36,296 bases of DNA from Devosiaceae bacterium. Lineage in GTDB: Bacteria > Pseudomonadota > Alphaproteobacteria > Rhizobiales > Devosiaceae. Below the pieces are notes generated by a model. That model saw only the letters and a program-made list of their open reading frames with translations, had not been told where the DNA came from and did not search any database. The position numbers and the translations under genes are program-made. The stretch lies in NCBI GenBank assembly GCA_035547975.1, contig DASZTU010000162.1:1-36296 (forward strand), in the 5' to 3' direction. Positions 1-8,188 of this stretch are shown piece after piece (positions within the stretch are counted from its first letter, which is position 1; each line of letters opens with the position of its first letter).

Positions 1-120
1 GGGGTGACGGCCGCCTGCGATCCGCGCTTCCTGACCCTCGCCGCCGACGAGATCGCCCGCCACTTCGCCGGTCACCGCACGCGGCACGACCTCGTTCCCC
101 GCGCGGCGGTGACGAAATGA
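1..120 (+). CDS. 3' end of an upstream CDS (partial, product unknown)
   Basis: Frame 1 is open from the window edge to TGA 118-120. Third codon positions are GC-rich. The stop overlaps the next gene's ATG (ATGA at 117-120). Confidence 0.35.
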   Translation, partial: GVTAACDPRFLTLAADEIARHFAGHRTRHDLVPRAAVTK

Positions 121-1133
121 AGCTCGGCTATTGCGTGCCGGCTTTCGCCATGCCGGGGGCCAACCTGTTCCGCACCCCCAACATTGCCGATATCCGCGAC
201 GTGGACGTGCTCGAAACCGCCCGTGAAGCCGAACGGCTCGGTTTCGATTCCATCTGGGTGTGCGACCATCTGATGCTCGGCCGCGACCGGGCCGTGCTCG
301 AGGGCTGGACGACGCTCGCCATGATCGCCGGCGCGACCAGCCGCATCCGGCTCGGGCTGATCCACCAGGCCAACCTCTTCCGCGAGCCCGCCATCGCCGC
401 CAAGATGATGGCGACGCTCGACCGCCTCTCCGGTGGCCGCTTCATCCACTTCTTCGAAGCGGGAATGGCCAAGCCCGAGCAATATGCCTATGGGCTCGAC
501 TGGGACGACGACCACGCGCTGAGGGTCGCCCGGCTGGCGGAGGCGATTGCCCTCATCGAAGCGCTCTACGCCTCGACCGGGCCGGTCGATTTTGCCGGCA
601 GATACTATGCGCTCCACGGGGCCGAGCTCACGCCCAAGCCGCTGCAGCCCAAAATCCCGCTCTGGCTGGGCGAGGCCTTCGACCCCGTCATCGAGCTCGC
701 GGCGCGCCGCGCCGATGGGTGGAACTCGACGCCCGTGACGCTCGACGAGCTGCGGCGGCGCCTGGGGCTGCTCGATGCCGCGCTTGCCCGGGCCGGCCGC
801 TCCCGCAACGAGCTCGAGATCAGCTTCGAGACCCAGATACTGCTGGCGCCCGACCGGGCCTCGCTCAGGGCGAAGCTCGCGCAACTGGTCGAGCGTGGCC
901 GGGCGGCGGGGGAGGAGCCGAAGCCGGAGATCGCCGACTTCCTTGCGGGCCGCACCGAGACGCTCCCCGCCTGGTTGACGGGCCCCTGGATCGTGGGCAC
1001 GCCCGAGGAGGCGAGGACGCGCATCGCCGAGCTCGCCGAGGCCGGCGTGCAGCACCTGATGCTCTGGTTCATGGACGCGCCGGACCCCGAGGGGATGCGC
1101 TTCTTCATGTCGGAGGTCGCCCCCGGCCTCTGA
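117..1133 (+). CDS. LLM-class (luciferase-like) flavin-dependent oxidoreductase
   Basis: 338-aa ORF with the luciferase-like TIM-barrel pattern (AERLGFDSIWVCDHL near the N-terminus, C-terminal GVQHLMLWF). Start is coupled to the upstream stop. Confidence 0.8.
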   Translation: MKLGYCVPAFAMPGANLFRTPNIADIRDVDVLETAREAERLGFDSIWVCDHLMLGRDRAVLEGWTTLAMIAGATSRIRLGLIHQANLFREPAIAAKMMATLDRLSGGRFIHFFEAGMAKPEQYAYGLDWDDDHALRVARLAEAIALIEALYASTGPVDFAGRYYALHGAELTPKPLQPKIPLWLGEAFDPVIELAARRADGWNSTPVTLDELRRRLGLLDAALARAGRSRNELEISFETQILLAPDRASLRAKLAQLVERGRAAGEEPKPEIADFLAGRTETLPAWLTGPWIVGTPEEARTRIAELAEAGVQHLMLWFMDAPDPEGMRFFMSEVAPGL

Positions 1134-1217
1134 GGGGTTGCGTACGAATATATTGCAGAAGGCGAGGAAAGCCGAATACTGGGGCAGTTCAATCGCGAGG
1201 GGAAGGCGCAAGACCAC

Positions 1218-2009
1218 ATGCTCGAGGAGACCGAGGCCCGCGGCAAGGCTGTCCCCGCCCTGGTCAGGACCAAGCGGATCCTTGACGCGTTGTCGGCCGG
1301 CGGCAAGCCGAAGGGGGTCTCCGAGCTCGCCCGCATGCTCGATCTGCCCAAGAGCACCGTGCACGGCCTCTGCCACACCCTGGTCGACCTCGGGCTGATG
1401 ATCCGCGTCGGGCCCTCGCAATTCGCCGTCGGCCCGCACGTCCTCGCCTGGGCCAATGCCTTCGAGGGCCAGAGCGATCTGACGCAGGAATTCATGCGGA
1501 TCGCCGATTCGATCGATCCGGGCCTCGTCTCCAAGGAAGCGATCAACCTTTCGATCATGACGGGCGCCGAGGTCATGTATCTCGCCTGCCGCCGCGGCAC
1601 GGACCCGCTGGGCGTGAGTTTCCGGCCCGGCGTGCGCCTCCCGGCGCCGTTCACCGCGACCGGCAAGGCGATGATGTCCACCATGCGTCCCGAGGAGGTG
1701 GAGCGCCTGCTCGGCAACACCTGGCCCGAGCCCTGGACGAAGAACAGCGTGCGCAGCCTCGATGCGCTCATGGTCGAACTCGAGGAGACCCGCGCCCGCG
1801 GCTATTCCATCGACAATGGCCAGCTGCGCGACGCCATGGTCTGCTTCGGGGCGCCCGTCTTCAACGCCACGGACGACCACGCCGTGGCCGGGCTCGCGAT
1901 CGGGCTCTTGTCGGGCGAGGTCAACGAGGCCTCGACCGAGCGGGTGAGCCGGGCCGTGCGCCTCATCGCCGATCGCCTCACCCATCGCCTCGGCGGCCGC
2001 CGGAACTAG
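1218..2009 (+). CDS. IclR family transcriptional regulator
   Basis: 263 aa. N-terminal winged HTH (VSELARMLDLPKSTVHGLCHTLVDLG) plus an IclR-type effector domain. RBS GAGGGGAAGG lies upstream of ATG 1218. Confidence 0.9.
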   Translation: MLEETEARGKAVPALVRTKRILDALSAGGKPKGVSELARMLDLPKSTVHGLCHTLVDLGLMIRVGPSQFAVGPHVLAWANAFEGQSDLTQEFMRIADSIDPGLVSKEAINLSIMTGAEVMYLACRRGTDPLGVSFRPGVRLPAPFTATGKAMMSTMRPEEVERLLGNTWPEPWTKNSVRSLDALMVELEETRARGYSIDNGQLRDAMVCFGAPVFNATDDHAVAGLAIGLLSGEVNEASTERVSRAVRLIADRLTHRLGGRRN

Positions 2010-2029
2010 CCGTTTTTGCCGGGAGCGCG

Positions 2030-2091
2030 TTGACACGCCCCTGCCCACATGACATGTTCACCATAAAGAAAATCGTTCAATATGATGAACG
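2030..2091. promoter_or_regulatory. Candidate promoter/operator between iclR and the ABM-FAH-SDR genes
   Basis: AT-rich gap containing TTGACA (2030-2035), the palindrome ACATG-A-CATGT (2047-2057) and the inverted repeat CGTTCA-N6-TGAACG (2074-2091). The GTTCA half-site occurs three times. Confidence 0.3.
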
Positions 2092-2122
2092 GTTTAACGG
2101 GCCGCTACTGGAGGGAAGGCAC

Positions 2123-2416
2123 ATGATCGTCCTGATCGCGAAGTATCACACCAAGCCGGGCAATGTGCCGAAGGTGCTCGAGGAACTGCAGAAGATGAAG
2201 CCGCTGGTCGAGCGCTCGGAGCCGGGCTGCAAGTTCTACCAGGTGTCGCGCTCGACCGAGAACGAGAACCTCATCGTGCTCTACGAGCACTATGCCGATC
2301 AGGCGGCCCTCGCCGCGCACCGCGAGACGCCGCACTTCAAGGAGATCATCGAGGGGACGGTCATTCCGCTGCTCGAAAAGCGCGAGCGGGAGCTTTACGA
2401 GCTCGCCATCGCCTGA
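2123..2416 (+). CDS. ABM-domain protein (putative quinol monooxygenase, YgiN-like)
   Basis: The track ORF 2030..2416 carries an upstream extension. ATG 2123 follows the GGAGGGAAGG RBS. The 97-aa product has the dimeric alpha-beta barrel/ABM pattern (MIVLIAKYHTKPG..., LYEHYADQAALAAHRETPHF). Confidence 0.8.
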   Translation: MIVLIAKYHTKPGNVPKVLEELQKMKPLVERSEPGCKFYQVSRSTENENLIVLYEHYADQAALAAHRETPHFKEIIEGTVIPLLEKRERELYELAIA

Positions 2417-2422
2417 GCCGAA

Positions 2423-3406
2423 ATGCGCCTCCTCAGTTTCGTCGTCGGCACGCCCATAGGCCCGCTCACGCGGGTCGGCGCCGTGCTGGCGGACGGCCGC
2501 TATGCCGATCTCGAAGCGGCCTATCGGGGATCGCTGCTGGCGGGGGGCCTGTCGCCCGCCGGCGCCCACCGCCTCAGCCGGGCCGCCGTGCCGTCCGACA
2601 TGGTCGGCTTCATCGAGAACGGCGATATTGCGCTCGACGCGGCGCGCCGGGGGCTGGAGTTCGTCGCGGCGGGCGGCGAGGCCGGTCCCGACGGGGCGCG
2701 GCTCGCCTATGACCCCGGGGAGGTAAAACTCCTCTCGCCCCTGCCGCGGCCACCGCTCATCCGCGACTTCATGGCGTTCGAGACGCACCTCAAGAACATC
2801 TACCCCAAGCTCGGGCGCGAGATCCCGCCCGCCTGGTACGAACTCCCCGTCTACTACAAGGGCAACCCCTCGGCAGTGGGGGCCGATGGCGAGGTCGTCG
2901 CCATGCCCTCCTACGCCGAGCGGCTCGATTTCGAGTTCGAGTTTGCCGCCGTCATCGGGCGCGGGGGCGCCAATATCCCCGCCGAACGGGCTCTCAGCCA
3001 CGTCTACGGCTATATGATCTACAACGACTTTTCCGCCCGCGACATCCAGCAGAAGGAGATGTCGGTTGGCCTGGGGCCGGCCAAGGGCAAGGATTTCTCC
3101 CGCGCCCATGTGTTCGGGCCCTGGCTCGTGACGGCGGACGAAATCCCGGACGTCTACGCGCTCGCGATGAGCGCGACCGTCAACGGCAAGCTCTGGACCG
3201 ATTCCAGCACGGCCACCATGCACTGGCGCTTCGAAGAGATGATCGCCCACGCCTCGCGCGACGAGGAACTGGTGCCCGGCGAGATCTTCGGCAGCGGCAC
3301 GGTTGGCGGCGGCTCGGCGATGGAAATGGGCAGCTTCCTGACGCACGGCGATCGCGTCGCGCTCACCGTCGAACGGCTCGGCACGCTCACGAACACCGTC
3401 GGCTGA
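2423..3406 (+). CDS. Fumarylacetoacetate hydrolase (FAH) family protein
   Basis: 327 aa with FAH-fold motifs DFEFEFAAVIGRGG, GYMIYNDFSARD and GEIFGSGTVGG. The start is 6 nt after the ABM stop. Confidence 0.9.
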   Translation: MRLLSFVVGTPIGPLTRVGAVLADGRYADLEAAYRGSLLAGGLSPAGAHRLSRAAVPSDMVGFIENGDIALDAARRGLEFVAAGGEAGPDGARLAYDPGEVKLLSPLPRPPLIRDFMAFETHLKNIYPKLGREIPPAWYELPVYYKGNPSAVGADGEVVAMPSYAERLDFEFEFAAVIGRGGANIPAERALSHVYGYMIYNDFSARDIQQKEMSVGLGPAKGKDFSRAHVFGPWLVTADEIPDVYALAMSATVNGKLWTDSSTATMHWRFEEMIAHASRDEELVPGEIFGSGTVGGGSAMEMGSFLTHGDRVALTVERLGTLTNTVG

Positions 3407-3412
3407 GCGACC

Positions 3413-4162
3413 GTGATCGGGGGAAACGACTTTACCGGACGGACCCTCTGGCTCTCGGGGGCCAACGGAGCCATTTCGCGCGCCATCGCCAGAACCTTCG
3501 CGGGCCTCGGCGCCAATTGCGTCCTGACCGACCTCAACGCGAACGCCCTGGCCAACTTCGGCGCGGAGCTCGATCGGACCGGCGAGCGCATCGTCTGCCT
3601 CGGCCAGGACGTGACGCGCTCGGCCGAAACCGACCGGGTCGTCGAGACCATTCGCCGGCGCTTTGGCCGGCTCGATTTCCTCGTGACGAGCGCCGGGCTC
3701 TATCGCGACCAGCTGGTGGAGGGCATGCCCGACGAGCAGTGGCGGCACGATATCGCGGTCAATCTCGATGGCGTCTTCTACTGCTGCCGCGCCGCCCTGC
3801 CGCTCATGGGCGAGGGCGGGGCGATCGTCAACGTCGCCTCGATGTCCGGTCACAAGGGGAGCTTCATGCACGCCCCTTACGCCGCCTCGAAGGGCGCCGT
3901 CCTCGCCTTCACCCGCACGCTGGCGCTCGAACTCGCGCCGGCCATCCGCGTCAACGCGGTTTCCCCGGGGCTCATCGATACGCCGCTGGTCAAGCCGCTG
4001 CTCGACCGGCAGGGCCCGGAGCTGATCCGCTCGACCCCGCTCAAGCGGCTCGGCCGCCCCGAGGAGGTCGCGAGCGCCGTCGCCTTCCTCTGCTCCGACT
4101 GGGCGAGCTTCATCACGGCCGAAACACTGCACGTCAACGGCGGCATTTACATCGCGAGCTGA
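3413..4162 (+). CDS. SDR family oxidoreductase (FabG-like)
   Basis: 249 aa. Gly-rich NAD(P) motif GANGAISRAIA, NVASMSG, catalytic YAASKGAV (YxxxK) and PGLIDTP. GTG start is 6 nt after the FAH stop. Confidence 0.9.
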   Translation: MIGGNDFTGRTLWLSGANGAISRAIARTFAGLGANCVLTDLNANALANFGAELDRTGERIVCLGQDVTRSAETDRVVETIRRRFGRLDFLVTSAGLYRDQLVEGMPDEQWRHDIAVNLDGVFYCCRAALPLMGEGGAIVNVASMSGHKGSFMHAPYAASKGAVLAFTRTLALELAPAIRVNAVSPGLIDTPLVKPLLDRQGPELIRSTPLKRLGRPEEVASAVAFLCSDWASFITAETLHVNGGIYIAS

Positions 4163-4179
4163 GGCGCGGGTGCCCGGAG

Positions 4180-4710
4180 CTAACCTCGCGCCCCGCATTC
4201 CGAAAGAATCCGGTCGACGACGCGGTCTATGGGTGCCGTCGCGTCGATGCTCACCGCATGGGCGGGAACATCCTCCCGGCTGGCATTGAGCCGCATCGCC
4301 AGTTCGCGTTCGATCGGCTTGCCCCCGAAAACATCCGGCGGTCGGGTCGAGAGGCGCCGATCGAGGGTGAGGGGGTCGACTTCGAGGTAGAAGATGGCAT
4401 CGAAGAGCCCGATGAACTGATCGCGGTTTCTCGAGCGGCCGCAAAAGAAAGTCATCGCTTCGCCCTGGTCGGCAATGATCGCCCTGACCCTCTCGACCGG
4501 CCAGATCCAGTGCCTGTATCCCCACACGACGGCATCCATCCCGTCGGCAAATGCCGGCGCATCCAGCGGCTCGCCCGTCGCGGGGGCGCCATAATAGGCG
4601 AACTGCCGGTCGCCATGGACGACATGGTGGCCCAGCCGCTCGAGCGCCTCTGCGACCGTGGTTTTCCCGGAGCCCGACGGGCCTTCAATGAGGTAGTTTC
4701 GAACGCCCAA
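4180..4710 (-). CDS. P-loop NTPase, small nucleoside/nucleotide-kinase-like protein
   Basis: 176 aa with Walker A GPSGSGKTT near the N-terminus. TTG start is preceded by GAGG. Specific function was not recognised. Confidence 0.6.
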   Translation of the reverse strand: MGVRNYLIEGPSGSGKTTVAEALERLGHHVVHGDRQFAYYGAPATGEPLDAPAFADGMDAVVWGYRHWIWPVERVRAIIADQGEAMTFFCGRSRNRDQFIGLFDAIFYLEVDPLTLDRRLSTRPPDVFGGKPIERELAMRLNASREDVPAHAVSIDATAPIDRVVDRILSECGARG

Positions 4711-4763
4711 TTCCGTGCCTCATGCCAAAAGCCCCGGCCGCAAAAGCTCGGGCGAAACGAAGA

Positions 4764-4787
4764 AGCCCGGGTCCAGGGACCCGGGCT
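4764..4787 (-). terminator. Hairpin downstream of the LivJ-like SBP gene
   Basis: Inverted repeat AGCCCGGGTCC/GGACCCGGGCT. On the minus strand it is followed by the T-rich stretch TTCTTCGTTTC. Confidence 0.4.
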
Positions 4788-4817
4788 CGCTGCTGTTTTG
4801 GCCTGAAAAGGCGCGTC

Positions 4818-6023
4818 TTACTTGATCGGGCCCTGGTCGACGAACTGGCCCTTGTCGTCGACCTGCAGCCAGTTGATGATGCCGTCCACGTCGCCGTGCT
4901 CGTCGAACGTCAGGTCGCCGCCGGCGCCCGAATAGTGGATGTCCTTGCCGGCCTTGATGGCGGCCACCGCTTCCTTCCACTGGCCGGGGAGGATCGCGTC
5001 ACCCTTGTTGCTGGAGATTTCGCGCAGCGCCTTCGACAGCCCCTCGCGCTTGTCGCTGCCGTTCTTTTCGATCGCCAGCGCCAGCATGAAGGCGGCGTCA
5101 TAGGCCTGCGGCACATAGGTGCCGGTCGGGTCGACATTGGCGGCCTTGGCGAGGGCGTTGAAGGCATCGGTGCCGGCGCCCGAGGGAGCGCCCGCGCGGG
5201 TCGCGATCAATCCCTTGACCGCCGCCGGGTCGATGCCCTTGGTCAGCGCGTCGCCCACCATGCCGTCGCCGCCGAAAAAGGTGGTGAAATCGCCGCCCTC
5301 GACCGCCTGCTGCAGGATCGTGTGGCCCGAGGAGTTGGCGTAGGCGAGGATCACGAGGTCCTGCGTGCCCGAGCCCGCGAGCTGGCCGAGTTCGGCGCGA
5401 TAGTCCGCCTTGCTGTCCTCGTGCGCGACGTCCGCCGCGACCGTGCCGCCGGCCGCCTTGAAGGCGGCGGTGAAGCTGTCGTTGTGGCCCTTGCCGTAGT
5501 CGTTGTTGACGTAGGTGACGGCGACGTTCTTGATCCCCTTGGAGATGAGCAGGGACGCCATCTTGACGCCCTGCAGAGCGTCCGAGGGGGTGGTGCGGAA
5601 GACGAGGTCGTTGTCGTCGAGCGTGGTCAGCGCCGGCGCCGACGAGGCGGGCGACACGAACACGACATTACCCGGCTTGCCCGCGGCGTTGAAGCCGCCG
5701 ATCGTCTCGCCGGTGCACAGGCCACCCACGACGGCCACGACCTGCGAGGTGTTGATGAGCTTGTCGGCAGCGTTGGCGGCCTGGGTTGAATCGCAGGCGC
5801 CGTCGGCGGATTCGATCGTCAGCTTCTGCCCGTCGAGCACGCCGCCCTGGTCATTGATGTTCTGCAGCGCGAGCTTGGCGCCGTTGAAGATCGGCGGCGT
5901 CAGGCTCTCGATCGGGCCGGTAAAACCCCCGAGGAAACCGAGCTTCACGTCGGCATAGGCCGGAGCCGCCGAGAGAAGCGCCGCTGCGGCTGCCGCCGTC
6001 AAAAGCACTTTGGTGAACGTCAT
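4818..6023 (-). CDS. ABC transporter substrate-binding protein, branched-chain amino acid (LivJ/type I PBP) family
   Basis: ATG 6023 with a GAGGGA RBS gives the signal peptide MTFTKVLLTAAAAAALLSAAPAYA. The rest shows a LivJ-like pattern. Track start 6107 is an extension. No cognate permease or ATPase gene is adjacent. Confidence 0.85.
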   Translation of the reverse strand: MTFTKVLLTAAAAAALLSAAPAYADVKLGFLGGFTGPIESLTPPIFNGAKLALQNINDQGGVLDGQKLTIESADGACDSTQAANAADKLINTSQVVAVVGGLCTGETIGGFNAAGKPGNVVFVSPASSAPALTTLDDNDLVFRTTPSDALQGVKMASLLISKGIKNVAVTYVNNDYGKGHNDSFTAAFKAAGGTVAADVAHEDSKADYRAELGQLAGSGTQDLVILAYANSSGHTILQQAVEGGDFTTFFGGDGMVGDALTKGIDPAAVKGLIATRAGAPSGAGTDAFNALAKAANVDPTGTYVPQAYDAAFMLALAIEKNGSDKREGLSKALREISSNKGDAILPGQWKEAVAAIKAGKDIHYSGAGGDLTFDEHGDVDGIINWLQVDDKGQFVDQGPIK

Positions 6024-6258
6024 GATGTCCCTCTGCTTTGGTTGCCCCCGCACGAGCCGGCTTGCCGCCGTTTTTCCTTGAGGAGTGCAACAACCTTGAG
6101 GGGGCACGTCCAGTCGTGCCCCGCTGGCCCGGACCTTTGCATAGTTGGCTCAGCGAGTCACTTGGATTTGATCGGCTTTAAGAGGGCTGCCACGTTTGTT
6201 GCTTAATGTCGCGGGCTTTGCCAAGTTCGGCCGCCTTCGGCCGCAATAATGGACGCCC

Positions 6259-7506
6259 ATGCCGCTAACGCTCCCGCGCTTCTTTCTGGCCGCTCTCCTG
6301 TTCTTCGTTCTCGGCATCGCGACCGCCGCCGAGGCGCAGCAGGCACCCGACCCAAAGGCCCCGGACGTAACGACGCTGCCCGCTCCCTCGGGCGCTTCGA
6401 CGACGACCCTTCCGGCGCCGGCTGCTCCGGGCTCGGGCGAGGATGACGCGGCGCCGGCGGCGGCCGCGGCGCAGCCCTCGCCCTGCGGGGCCCAGTCGAT
6501 CACCATTGCGCGCATGCCCTGGCCGTCCGCGGCCATCCTCGCCGAGATTCACGCGCGAATTCTCAAGGCCGAGTTCGGCTGCACCGTGCAGGTGCTGCCG
6601 AGTGACCTCGCTCCGGCGCTCTCCGGCATGGCCGCGACCGGCCAGCCGGCGGTGGTGCCGGAAATGTGGGAGACGCGCGCCGCCGAACAGTGGAACCAGG
6701 CGATCAAGGACCAGAAGCTCAGGCCGGTCGGCCTCACTTACGGGCAGAGCGATTTCGAGGGCTGGTTCGTGCCGGATTATGTGGCCGCGAGCCACCCCGA
6801 GCTGAAATCGGTTGCGGCGCTGAAGGACGACTGGAAGCTGTTTTCGGGGGGCGGCGACAAGGGCAAGCTCGTTTCCTGCCCGCTGGATTGGGCCTGCGCC
6901 ATCATCAACCGCAACCTCCTCAAGGCCCAGGGGCTCGACCAGCTCTTCACCGTGGTCGAACCGAAAAACCGCTTCGACCTCGACCAGATGATTGCCGCGG
7001 CCGTGAGCCGCAAGGAGCCGATCCTCTTTTACTACTGGGCGCCCAATGCCACCCTCTCGCAGTTCTCGTTCAAGCCGGTCGATCTCGGCCCCTACGACAA
7101 GGATGCCTTCCTCTGCCTCGGCAAGCGGGCGTGCGCGGCGCCCAAGCCATCGGGCTTCCCGCCCGAGCCGGTGGTGATCGCCCTTGCCGAATGGGTGTTC
7201 ACCGGCGCGCCCGAGGTCGCCGCCTATTTCCAGCGCGCGCAGATGCCGCTCGACGTGATGAACGGCCTTCTGGCGCAGCTGAACGTCACCGGGCAGACGC
7301 CCGAAAGCGTCGCCGACAAGTTCGTGGCCGAACAGCAGGACCTCTGGCAGAAATGGGTCAAGCCGCCGACCGCGAGCGCCCCGCAGGGCGGCGGGGCGCC
7401 GGCCCAGCCGGCCCCGGCCAGCACCCCGAAGCCCGCCCGGCAGCCGGCCCCCGCGCCGGACCGGCCCGCAACCCCGCAGTTTGTCGAGCCGATCATCAAG
7501 TATTGA
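6259..7506 (+). CDS. Glycine betaine/ProX-type (OpuAC family) substrate-binding protein with Pro/Ala-rich N- and C-terminal extensions
   Basis: 415 aa with signal peptide MPLTLPRFFLAALLFFVLGIATAAEA. The core (ITIARMPWPSAAILAEIH..., EGWFVPDY, YYWAPN) is typical of betaine-binding proteins. Low-complexity P/A/T tails flank the core. Confidence 0.75.
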   Translation: MPLTLPRFFLAALLFFVLGIATAAEAQQAPDPKAPDVTTLPAPSGASTTTLPAPAAPGSGEDDAAPAAAAAQPSPCGAQSITIARMPWPSAAILAEIHARILKAEFGCTVQVLPSDLAPALSGMAATGQPAVVPEMWETRAAEQWNQAIKDQKLRPVGLTYGQSDFEGWFVPDYVAASHPELKSVAALKDDWKLFSGGGDKGKLVSCPLDWACAIINRNLLKAQGLDQLFTVVEPKNRFDLDQMIAAAVSRKEPILFYYWAPNATLSQFSFKPVDLGPYDKDAFLCLGKRACAAPKPSGFPPEPVVIALAEWVFTGAPEVAAYFQRAQMPLDVMNGLLAQLNVTGQTPESVADKFVAEQQDLWQKWVKPPTASAPQGGGAPAQPAPASTPKPARQPAPAPDRPATPQFVEPIIKY

Positions 7507-7645
7507 GCCGTGGAACGCGGCCCCTCGGCCACCCCGACGGGCTGTCCGAAAGTCGCAGCCCACGGGCGTTGCGTCGGCGTTCACGCCGCGGCTATAAGGT
7601 CCCTGGGTCGGTAAGCCGTCGCGCGGGCAGTCAGGAGAAGAGCAG

Positions 7646-8059
7646 TTGGAATTGAAGCGGATCAATCAGCACGTCAGCGTGTCGCCGCAGATCAGCCCCG
7701 AGGACATTCCCGTCATCAAAGCCGCCGGTTTCACCACCATCATCAACAACCGCCCGGACGGCGAGGCGCCGGACCAGCCGACGAGCGATGCAATCGAGCA
7801 GGCGGCCCAGGCGGCGGGTCTCGTCTATCACTATATCCCGCTCGGCCGCGACGGCGTCTCCGCCGACATGATCGAACGGACGGTCGATGCGCTCGAACGG
7901 AGCGAGGGGCCGGTCTTCTGCTATTGCCGCTCCGGCACGCGCTCGACGACCCTGTGGGCCCTGTCGCAGAAGGGCAAGATGCCGGCCGACCGCATCATCG
8001 CCGAAGCCGCCGCGGCCGGCTACGATATGAGCCACCTCGCGGGGCATCTCGGCCACTGA
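7646..8059 (+). CDS. TIGR01244/DUF442 family protein (phosphatase-like fold, sulfur-metabolism associated)
   Basis: 137 aa with QISPEDIPVIKAAGFTTIINNRPDGE and CYCRSGTRS motifs. TTG start follows an AGGAGAAG RBS. Confidence 0.7.
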   Translation: MELKRINQHVSVSPQISPEDIPVIKAAGFTTIINNRPDGEAPDQPTSDAIEQAAQAAGLVYHYIPLGRDGVSADMIERTVDALERSEGPVFCYCRSGTRSTTLWALSQKGKMPADRIIAEAAAAGYDMSHLAGHLGH

Positions 8060-8188
8060 CCCGCGTCGCGCCCCGCGCTGGCTGACCGGCCGGGGCGACG
8101 CGCCGCGGCCCATCTGGCCGCCGGCCTTGTACCGGCGCGGCAAAGGTCCGGGCCAGCCTCCAGATCTCCTCTCGCTCGGATTTTGCCG

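Noticed and set aside
72-2048. 658-aa minus-strand ORF antisense to the LLM oxidoreductase and IclR genes
   Set aside because: It is a shadow ORF. The plus-strand products have clear family signatures and the minus-strand product has none.
2105-4525. 806-aa minus-strand ORF spanning the ABM, FAH and SDR genes
   Set aside because: It is antisense to three well-supported genes. Only its far 3' region overlaps the real P-loop gene, and in a different frame. The composition is typical of shadow ORFs.
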